Virus record (IMG/VR): IMGVR_UViG_3300020401_000014
Span: 32,001-96,000 of that record
Strand: one strand, 5' to 3'
Source of the DNA: a virus
DNA length: 64,000 bases
The notes beneath the pieces are model-generated. The model was not told the DNA's origin and ran no database searches. It worked only from the letters and a program-made list of their open reading frames with translations. Below are positions 10,501 to 22,500 of the stretch, piece by piece; the first letter of the stretch is position 1, and each line of letters starts with the position of its first letter. Made by a program: the position numbers and the translations under genes.

Positions 10501-13500
10501 ACTGGTTTAGGTATTTGTTTCCAGTGGCTTTTTTGATCAAAAGGCGATTGTGCATTATTTTGTATACATTCTAAATATAAAATATCATTGTTTACAGACC
10601 TTCCGTATAAATCATCTTGGATTAATCCGTTAAAATTATCATTGCGGGTAAACTTTTTATCAATTTGCTTGAAAGAGTTATCTCCAACGCCAAAAACTTT
10701 TCCAGATTCAGTTAATATTAAAGCATGAGAATCACCTAACTCTACAGATTTAGCCTTATCTCCGCCATATTCACTTGGATCATAAACCACTAATGATCCA
10801 TCTAGATTTGAGTCTGAAGAAGTATTTTGTTTGGTGATAGAATATCTTTTTGTTATGCCTTTTGGTGCAGGAACTTTTATTTTCTTTTCGTCAACCTGAG
10901 ACAAGCTGCCTATAAAGCCCACTTCTTCAGTGTTATTATCTTTTAATGATACGAAGTATAATGTTCTGTATAATTTTTCAGATTCGGCAAGTTCTATCTT
11001 CACAACGTCACCATTATTATATACGTACGAATCAAGCTGATTGTATGTTTGATCTATTTGAATTTCTCCAACAAGTACTTCGCCAAAAGAATCAAAAGAA
11101 ACAAGCCCATCATTATTATATGGGATAGATCCTGGGCTATGCTGAATTAGATTAAATCCATAATTTAATAAAAAAACATCAAAACTTGATCCGTTATCCC
11201 TGCGCGTCTTTTGATCGCTTTTAACTTCAAACCAGCAATTATATTTTGTAGTAAAATACCACTCACTGTCGGAATATTGTTTTAAATTACTAGGAGGTTC
11301 ATGTGTTCCGTTGCTTTTTGTAGTCCAACCAAATATATCATCATAAAACCAGTCTGCATTATGGCGCATAGAATCTATGCCCCTATAATATGAAGCGCTA
11401 GACTTAATTCTTTGAGATCCTCCAGCCTGAAGATATTGAGACTTTTCAACTCTTTGATTCCAAAACATTTGAGAATTCCAATCATAAAGACCTAATAATG
11501 CTAGTGGTACGCCAGGATACTGCGCTGAAAGTTGAGACTCTAATCCAGGCTGATTGTCAAAATAAAAATTCCAGTCTGTTAATTCTCCAAGAAAATAATT
11601 TACCCAACTCTTTTTCGGGAACCCTGCACTTAAAAACCTTTCGGTAAAATCAGACTGAATATATGTTTCAGAAATTTCGTAGTCGAATGGACTTGCGTCT
11701 AAACCAGTTATTGAACTATAATACTGCGAAACACCACCGCTTTCGAGAGAGAAACTTTGTGGGGTGATGTTTTTTTCGGCAGCTTGAACTTGAGTTAAAG
11801 GAGCATTTGTAACAGGGTCTTGAGTAACAACATGAAGCGTTGTACAACTGCTTAAGAACATAGGCTCGTCAAAAACTTCTACAAACGGAGTAACAGAAGC
11901 GGTAATTTCGTATTCTTCATTTAGCAAATTTAAATCTATTTCGCTGACTGTATCTAAATGTTCAGCAACAGGAACAACAAAAAAGCCTTGAGGTGGAATT
12001 GAGTTGCTTGCAGAGTAATTAAGAGTATCATTAAATAGCAAGGTAATTTCCATTTCAAGCTCTCCGTTTTCATCGAAATCTGCATAAGAGCCAAAATTAT
12101 GAGATGATCCAGATCCAAAATGCGAATTAACATGAAATGCGTCATGCCGCTCAAATTGAGCATCGCTCGTTAATTCTGCTCCTGGAGCACTTGGAAAACC
12201 GTCTATCAAACTAGCGTTATATAATGTTATGGCGGCTCCATAACCCTGTACGCCAAAACCTATAATTCTATTTTCATCCCGGTTAAGTATATGGTCAGAT
12301 GCAATGCCCCATTGATCAGCACTAAAATTTTCAGGACGAGAGCCCGTAAGACCAGATGAATTAATTATAAGGTCACGATTCGGGCCAGAAAAAGTAAATG
12401 TGCCATTATCATCATATGCTTCATAAATATAATTATCCCATCTAAAAAACCTTTGAAGAAACGCATATTGCCTAGCGTCGGCATCAAATTTATTATCATG
12501 CATGAAATCCCGCCCAGATGACGGTGCAAAATTTGGATTAAAGTAATAAAATCTTGTGCCGCCCAATGTAACAAATTCACCATTTTGGACATAAACATCA
12601 GGCACAGTTTTCCGCTGGCTATCGTCTTGAAAGTGGAAATCTGCAGTGCCCGTAGGAAGCATTGCTCCACTTGCTGATACTGTATTATATCCATCACCTA
12701 CGAAATTGTCGACCAAGCCGATTTCGAGAGGGTTACCGTTGTATATTATTGGTAGCGATCCAGCGCCAGGAAATCCTGCAAAACCAGGCGTCTCAATACC
12801 CCCAAAGCCCGGGGTGTCGTCGGAAAGATAGGCCCCAATCGAACTGAAACCGTACATAAATGCAGATCGAGAGAAATCCAGAAAAAGTGGGTCGCCTGGG
12901 TATTTGTGCGTTAGCGGCCATGTACTAAACAGAGCGTCAACATCTGTCATATACAGAGGTTTATAACCAGCATCTTGAAATATATAAAAACCAAAAGCTA
13001 CTCCTGTACTATTAAAATTTCCAGGTTTCTTGGTAAATTTTACTTTGAATGTTATAGATTCTGCTTCAACATTTAAATTGTACCTCCATACATCCAGAGA
13101 ATCTCTAGATCCAGTAGGAACAGTATCAAATGGACTAAGCATTGAAAACGCTTCTCTTACCGCGCCCCCTCTATAATGACCTAGCGCTCCTGATGCAATA
13201 TTGTTTCCAGAAAATTCTGTAACAAAATCAACATCTTCAGGAATATAGTTCCAACCTCCATTTCCGTAAATTATACCACCTTCTGTTCTGTAGCCAGGCC
13301 AAGCAGGAAGATTAGAATTAGAATCGTTTTTAATATTAAATTTATCGCCCCAATGCGCAGGAATCCAAGTTCTAGTGTTCCCAGCTTGATCGCCTGTTGG
13401 TATGGTGATATCAACAACAGTATTTACATCTATCTGTTTTGATCCATCGTTATCTAGTGCGCCGACTATTTCAAAAGAGTCGTCCACGATCAGATGCTCT

Positions 13501-16500
13501 CCGGGCATGGACACGGCGTCACCGGAAAAATTCGAATGAACAGTTCCTTTATGGTAATATTCGTCATCATCCTCTGCCACGTTAAAGTTTTGCAGTGCAA
13601 GTGCGTCGCGTAGTGATTCAGAAGACACCAAATTTATTGCTTCTGTAGGAAAAGTATAATTCCTTATAATTTCAACAGGTCTTGCACCCTGCCAATCTCT
13701 TCGATTAAAATAATGCGATACTCCGTCAGGACTAAATAAATTTGTGTGACCATCCGTACCAAAAGTAAAACTGGGATTTGTGACCGTGGCGTCCAATGGA
13801 ATTGGAAAAATTGTTAGGTGTGCATGTTGAGTTGTGTTCCAATTGTATGCGCTATAGAATCTTCTTGCTGGCCAAGAAACGCGCGTAGAATCATAAAAAG
13901 TATGTTGTGTATTTGAGACAACCACAGGATCTTGCGCCTCACCACCTTCTTCAACATCTTGATTTAGCCAGGCTCCAGTTCCTACTACCCAAGAATCTAC
14001 ATCTGCAGGTGTTTTATTATTTGCTTTGCTGGTTTTTGTATAACCCGTTCCGTCGGCAGCGTTAGCATCTTCATAGTGATATTGCATTGCAATAAGTAAT
14101 TCGATTTTTGGGTCTGCGCCACTTGAAAAAGTTTCTTGCACGTAAAAATCAGAATACTGCATTCTCCAGAGCTTGAATGCTGCATCAAAAAATATTAAAA
14201 TTTTTCCGTAAGCTGTATCTTTTTCGCTAACCCAAATTCCATAACCTTCTGAACGAGCGTCGGAATTAAATGGATGATTATACCATTGATTTAAATCATT
14301 AAACGCAGTAGCCATTCTGTATGTTCCGTTTACTTCTTGTCGCTCACAGTTTTCAATATTAACTGCACCAAAAAAATCTGGAGAAATTTGTATAAGGTGT
14401 TTCGCAGGAGTGCTAGACGCATAAGAAATCCCAGTATTACCAAAGGTTTTTAAAAACTCAAAATCTCTCTTAACAGAAGCGGGCGTTGGATCTTCTCCGT
14501 GAATTGATGGGTCGTATTCTCCTCCGTGATTTATTCCCTCATCTATAATGTGTTGCACCAATTCGTAAACCGTTAAATAACCCCTGGCAGTATAATAAGC
14601 TTCGCCAGCAGTATCTGACGCTCTATTTAAAATAAGGCGGTACACAGCATCGACCGTCGCATCTGAATTTACACCACTAAACCATGGAACATGAAAAACG
14701 CTGGTTGGACTATAAATCCCAAATTGATTAACTTCTATTCCGTTATGAGTTGTAACATCTGACTCTAAAGGTGCGCTGGTTATAAAAGATCCGTCTAGAG
14801 GATTAAAAAAATTGTAGATGCTATTATCTTTTCCTGCAATTTTACTTTCTCCACTTAAAATATCTGACTTATTTTGCAAATTAGATGAATCCACGGTGCC
14901 TTTTTCTGAATAAACCAAACCCCATGCGTCATTTGAATAAACGTATGGATCTGGACTCAATCGCAAATTACCAAAAGAGTCAAAATTTTGAATATCAATT
15001 TCAGAATTTAAGTTTAAATTTCCTTCGCTTGATAAATCAGAATCATCAAAACCTTGAATTTCAAATGCTGGACAAGCACAGACCGAACCTAATGCCTTAA
15101 CTTGCCCGCTAGAGTTGATATAAAAAGTAGAATATTTGTTGGTTGATGCCCAGGTTACATCTTCATCAGTTAATTTAGTTGCCCTAGGAACATAGGTTCT
15201 AGCAGGAATTACACTTTTAATATTACCAGATAAACCATCTTGCCACCTTTCTCCCCCTGCCAAATTTGATATTTCTAAAGATTTTGAAAATCTAGGATAA
15301 TTACCAAAAGTAATATTCGATTCGCTTACTAATTTGTAAAGTCCAAGAACATTATCTTTAGAGTCGTCAGACCCTTCTGGATATTCTCCTGAAACAAAAT
15401 CAAAAACAACATGATCAGGACAGCCAATAATTGGATCCCAAAAAGGTTTGCCCTGAACGTACAAAGTTTCTTTGGGCATGATTTGATTATTCGGATCTTC
15501 GTTGCTGTAAATTAAATTAGTATTGTAAAAACTTCTAAAATTTGTTGTTGTTCCAAAAGAGTCAAGAGACGAAGCCCCAATTAAGTCTCCTATTTTAAAT
15601 CTTGAAAGTGAAGTCGCTGGAGTTTGACTTGCGGGATTTATAATAGAAGATGAAAAATTAGGATGATTTTGATTTAATGCGTCCTCGCTAACCAATATTC
15701 CGTTCCACCCTATTGATGGCTCGGAACCTCCAAATGATAAATCAACAGTAGACACCTTATCTGATAAAAATTTAAATTGCGCAGCGTTGCTTTTTATTGT
15801 TTCTATATACTCAGATTTATCAGAAGTTTTATTATTTAATCTTTTAAAATTTTCAAAAATTGATACTTCTTGATAAGCATCAATATCGCCGATAACCATT
15901 TGATTTGAATCTGTAGGTGCATATTTTTGATCAATATTGAATGCGTGCAAACCTCCAGTTTGCCAAAACTCTGAAGGTTTGTAAGGTGGGGCATAAGCGC
16001 TGACAGTAGACATTACTCCTGATTGAGCTATCCATGATTTTGAAGAATTATATTGATCAGTAAAACTCCAATTTAAATTACTTATATATCCATTATAAGG
16101 ATTACTTATTTGACTGCTATTAATTACAGAGTGGCAGATTAATTCATATTCTGCAGGCAAAGACTTATAAAACCCAAAATTTTTAAAATATTTCCAAGCC
16201 ATTAATACCTTAGATTGATCATCTGCAAAAACACCCCTTTCATCTCCCAAATTATAATCACTACCTGTGGCCTGTAGTTTTAAATAATATTCTGCGTCAA
16301 AATGCAAAAAAGCTTCCATCATATCTTGAGTGGCCTCGCTAGATTTTTCTTGCAAACTTAAAGATGATGCTCTCTGGCCAATGCCAAAGTTGTCGTTAGC
16401 ATCTGCGCACAAACCCAAGGAATATCCTTGGTTATGACCAAATCCATACAATTTATTGTTAAATATAAATACTGTGTTTCCGCCTTCTGAATCAACCATT

Positions 16501-19500
16501 GTTACCCCCGACACAGAGGCCTCCTCAGTTGCATTTGAGTAATCAAAGTCGCCGTCGTTTTCTTCAAAGATTTTAACTTCTTGATTGCTGATCTGATCAA
16601 ATGGATACATTTTGTTATACGCAACACTTTCATCGCCATATTCATCTAGATCTATTTTTAGATCAGAAGTATCTTCAAGCAGCCCAATAAACCCAAACTC
16701 ACTACTATCTAAGCCAGACGCATACAATTTATTATTATTTATAATAAACCTATTCTTACAGAACATTGATGCTCCAGAACTTGCAAACTTTGAGCTGGTT
16801 TTTTCGGACTGATTTAGACCTTCAAACGGAATCTCGCTTACTGCGGTGGGGTCAGGATTATTTACTTTAACCTTAAAAGATATTACTCCAGAAGAAACCA
16901 ATCCCTCTCCTATGGAATTTATAGAATAGCCAGAAATTAAAGATGGATGCGAGTCTGTTATTTCAGGTTCATCAACAATGTTTTGCAATAATGTAGATTC
17001 TGTATTACCAAAAACACTTATGCAAATAGTTTTTTCTGATTCGCTAAATTGTCCATCATTTTGATATTCAAAATTTAATTGTATTTTTTCATCGTAATTA
17101 TATATTTTTGAGATATTATCATTTGTTCTAATTAGAACATCATCATCTCCATGCATTCCGGCGAGTAAACTGACCTTTCTAGGATTATGACCACCGTCGC
17201 CAGGCTGTAGATCTTTTTGGCACACAAAAAACACGATATCTCCTCCATGATCTGGTTCTCCCGAATAATTCGAAACTAAATTAAAAACAAGCAGCAAATC
17301 AGGCTCGGCTTGAACCGAGCCTTCTGTATGACATTCATATATTTTATTATCAAAAACAATTTTTTCACCAATTTTATAGGATTTTCTTTTTGATAATGAT
17401 GGATAAAATTCGTTAGGCCCACTATACTCACTGGGTCCATATTTTTGTATATTAGATTGCGAGATACCCTCTTCTTCATCAATCAATTCAAGAATTTCTT
17501 GGTATATGTAAATGTAATCCCCAGCACTATAATGAGAGCTTTCGTGATAATGTTGAACGATTGACCACTCGGGAGGCTCTAAAGCAGGGTTTAAGTTGTT
17601 GTTTAATTCTTTTGATATATAAATTTTATTTTGATAAGTCACTATATCTCCCTTAGAATAAACTTCGGACGGAGACCACTCAAGATTTAATAAATCACCA
17701 GTTTGAGAATCGGATCCAGGACCGTCAACATCCTTCCATTTAGGAGAACTTCTAAACAAATCTGAATGGTCGGAGATTTGGTCATAAAAATTATTTAGTT
17801 TTTTAAATCTAGAAAGAAGAGTATCTTTAGTAGATATTTCTGTATAAACTTGACTATATTCACCTTGTAGGTCTACTTGGCTATCTCCGCCCACAAATAT
17901 ATTTGAGTTAGAAAATAAATTTAAATCCACACCACTATTTATAATTGACCCTTCAGAAGAAAAGGGCGGAACATCGTCCGGCGCGGTAATAGGCTCGTTA
18001 TAGTCAGTGTTTTTGTCGTATTTTACAAATCCTGAATCTCCTGAACTAAGTTCAGCTGCAAAAATTACACCATCTTCTGTTTCATTATTATTTTGAAAAT
18101 TATTAGTAGGATTATTATGAGAAAGCAATCTATAATGATTTACTGCTCTATTAGGAGTATTTTTAAATAATTCTGTTTTCCCCGCGGATAATTCATAATA
18201 ATTACCACCATATTCCACAATACTGTACCTACTATATTCCCCATCTTCTGACCAGGTAACAGCATTTGCTGCAAAAGATGTTGTATCCTGATTACCAGAT
18301 GTCGCCTCGCTCATAGTGAAAAACGGTATTCTCAATCCGTCTGCATCCACTGGCGGATTACTAATAGACAAATTAGTAAATAACAAATCAAAAGAAATAC
18401 TTTTTTGATAATCTTCTCTCGGGGATCTAAGATATTCTCCTATTACATTTCCACTGGAAATTGAATTTAAAATTGCAGAATAACTGGTGATTAAAGTTCC
18501 ATTTTCTTCTTCTAGCTCAGGAGTAATTTCTAAAGATTCATCTTTTGATATTTCAATTGTTTCTCCATTATATTGCCGATCTGCTTGACCGACCTGATTT
18601 CCGCTTTCATCAAGAACTGTATATTTAAATTTTACAGTTGGATTATATTTTTCAAATAATTTTTGTAAATTAAATTTATCTGACAACTTTTCATCCACAA
18701 TAGAAGGGTTTCCTGACGCAAAATCTCTAGTAAAATCTACGTCAAAATTAGAATCCAGCCACGACTTAAAGTACTCTACTGCAGGATGTGCATTGTTAGA
18801 CACCAGAGGGTGATTTGCGGTCAAGCCTTTTCCGGTCACCCAGTTTACTCCAAATTCTGCTTGGGAAATGTAGGGGTGGTAAATTGAAGTCACCCTTAAA
18901 TTTTCAAGATTAAGCTCGGGGTTTGAATCGCTAATGTCCAAAGCATTTATCATGCTTGACGTAATATTTTTTACATTCGAACTCCAATAAAACGCTTCGC
19001 CTCTTACATCAAACGTTTTAACTTCGTCTGAATAAACTTTTATTTGTGATGAAAGCACGGTTTGATCTGTTTGTTCATAAACACCATCATTTAAGTAAAG
19101 ATAATCAAAAGACCTCGGGGACACAAAGTAAGTATTAGATTGATTATCTGACCCATATAATTTTTTTAATTCTCCTGTTCTTTTGGCGATAGGCTGCCAC
19201 CATTTTGTTCTAATTAATGAATGTACCGTGGAGCTTGTGCTGTAATTAGCAGGCCCGGATAACTCTAGATTAATGTTATAATTATAAACAGCTTTTTGTG
19301 ATTCTGTTTTTATGATTGTATCAAAATCAATTACTGGATCTTCTAAATCATAACCTGATGGAACCTCCTCAACCAAGCAAAACATCTTAATTTTTACGAA
19401 AAAGTCGTCGCCCATTTTTACTGCATCACCAATTTCGTAATAATTTTCAAAAGCAAGGTCGTAAGAACAATTTCCAGATCCATAAACATCTTTTTTATTT

Positions 19501-22500
19501 ATAGAGTTTCCATCAATTCCGTAGTAATCAATATTAGTATGGCCTGTATCCAATTGGCCTTGATTAAATTCTGCTTGAGTAATTTGTTTCCAAATTGTTT
19601 GAGATATAATATTTTGATTTATTAATTGATCAAACCTTTGGTTTGATTCCTGAACATTGGACACAAATTTATAATTTTTCGAACCTACGCTCGAATCTAT
19701 GTAGCCAGGAATTATTCCTGCGTAATCTTCAGGATTTTCGAGGTCTACATCAGAAGTATTTTTAAGGCATTTATAAACATGCACTGGCGTTTCAGCCTCA
19801 GCCGTAGAAAACAATAAAGACAACTCTTGCTCACTGTAACCAGATTGTTCTTCTAAGCCAAAAGTCCTAATCCATTCTTCATAAGTTTTATAAGTTCCAT
19901 CTGGCGACAAAACTTTAACTGGCCCAGAAGTTACAACAACCAGATCTCCAGGCGAATAATTACCTCCTTGAACCCATGACGGTAAGTTTGTTTCTGTATT
20001 GTTTTCTGCAATTTTATTGATGATTCCTTCTTCTGATACTGCCCGTTTCCAACCAAACCCAAGCGTCACGGCGCTTCTGCCGGATGTAGGCCAACTATTA
20101 GAATTGGCTAAAACTCTAAATGAGGTATATGTTGTAATTGAGGTTACTGAGGTGTTTATCCAAGCTAAATTATCATCTACCAAAACCAGCTTTGACCATA
20201 AACCAGGGTGTTCTAAAGGGTTTTTATCTTGGCTTGCTTTTTTCGCTCTAAAAAAATGATAAGCTTGTTTCGGCGAGAATCCAGCATTTTGTTTAATACA
20301 TTTGTAGTAAACCTTACTTGCACCCTCCCAACAGTAAATAATATCATCTATACTGTAATTTTGATCATGAAACCAAGGGTTTGTGCTTGATGTTGTTGTT
20401 TTTTCCCAATAATCTCCAGAAGAAAGCTTTACAATGGTTTGCGTTTTATATTCTTTAGAATCACTCCAGCTTATTGCTGCGTCTTCTAGTTTAATCGCGC
20501 CAGAACTTGCGCCAGTTTGTTTTCCGTGAGCGCTACCAACAACTAATTTAAATAAATCGCTCTGTTGCTGGGCAAAAGTTTCTCCAAGATCTAACCAGAG
20601 ATTATTTGTCATTGTGCCATGGTCTTCTAATTCAGAAAATTCTTCTTTAAGCTCGTCTGCGTTTATGCCGGGAAATCCAGTCTGCATAAGTCCTACAATC
20701 CTTTTAAATTTTGAAGATGATAGCGCGTCTGTTCTGAGAAGAATTGGGCGATACGCTCTATCTATAACTCTAGTTTCATCCTCATATACTAAACCAGCAT
20801 TTGCTTGCTGATCTGTTGGATTTAATGCGTTACCTAGAATCAAATAGTGAAGCGGCTGAGCCTGCGTTGTATCTGCAGCAACACTTTGGGTATTGATCAT
20901 TTGAGTAATATTCCCGTCGGTAATCGGATTATAACTATAATTTCTTGGTTCAGGGGGCTGACCATATTGCTGGAAAGGCCAACCAGAACCATGCAATCCA
21001 TTAAGAGGGTTGCCGTTAGAAAAAAGCTGCGGCGTAACCATTTCAATTCTTTGCCTAGAGAGCAGGTCTTCAATCATCAATACATATTTGCCAAGCAAAT
21101 GACTACCCTTATTTCCACCAGGATGCACGCCCCCTCTTCTTCTTGCATGAACATAGCCACGAGACATATAATAACAAGGAATTAAATTATCATACGTATA
21201 ATGAACAAGATCTCCAGTTGCATTTTCAATACTCACATTAGAAGGTGAAAAACTGTCGACATTTAAATATGAATTTATTTTATTATTGTCTATAGAATGG
21301 GTAGCAAAAGTAGATACGCCAGATATTGATAAAAATTTTATGCTAGTAGTTCTTCCGAATGTTACCGCTAACCTTGGTTGGCCTCCATGGTCTTTTCTTA
21401 AGTTTTTCGTATATATTAAAATATCATATTGTCCATCTTGAAAAGGTCCAGAAGAATTATTTGCCCCAGAATACCAAGGCCGACATTTACTTGAATGATA
21501 AAGATTTAATTTATTTCCCCATTTAGCCATTAAGTGCCCATATATATTTGATCCGCCACCAAAATCATTCATTCTTATTCTTGCTTTTGTTGGAATTATT
21601 GATTCGTTAGCAAGATTCTTGGAAACAGAACTAGAGTCTACTTGAAATCCTCTATGTGTCGCCTGCTTATTAACCAAATAGTCATATATAGAGCTTAATG
21701 AAGAATTAGGTCGATTAGTTGATGATGCATAATCTCTCCAAAAACTAGATGCATTATTCCATGGTATTTTGTCAAAATCATAATTTCCAGAAGCATCTCT
21801 TGCAGGAGTCTCAGTATTTTTTATACAAACTGCCAGTCTTGGGTGTTCGGTAGAATCAAAAGATTCATCCCAATTTGAAGGTATACTTGTGGTATCAATT
21901 TGTCCACTTACAATTGGCTGAAAATAGTTTACAAAATCTCCAACAGAATAAACCTCTGAAGAATTAAAAACTTGCGCGTCGATATTTGGGTCTGTAGGGC
22001 TATTTGTTGCGTCAATAATGTTAGTGTTTGCACCCAAATGTGCATTTAAAGATGTAGACGCAAATCCAAATTCTTTACTAGGCAAGGGTGTTTTTCCTAC
22101 GCCCGAAATAGCGAACTCTGGATAATTAACAGCTAATCTATCAAATCCAATGCCATCATCTAAATTAGGGCTTGGTTTTTTGGTTCTTACCACTCCGCCT
22201 CCCATAGAAGCACCTCCCGTAGGCCTTAAGGCTATAGCTGCTCCATTTTTATCACGCGGCAAAAAAGTTGCATTACAAACAATAAAAGGCATGTTAATAA
22301 ACTCAAACAAATTTAAGCATATTTCGTTTTCATTTACAGCATTACCAGAACCATTAATAAAATCATTCCTAGAAACCAATCTGACCCCTGTATGGTGAGT
22401 GATATTTAATTCCTCCATCGACTTCCATGAACTCGAAGAAGGTGGGTTAAAATCGCCAGCATTATTACCATCAACACAAACATATAAGTTTGTTGAGCTT

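Noticed and set aside
4814-22398. Short ORFs nested in the giant gene
   Set aside because: Shadow ORFs in other frames or antisense, without motifs
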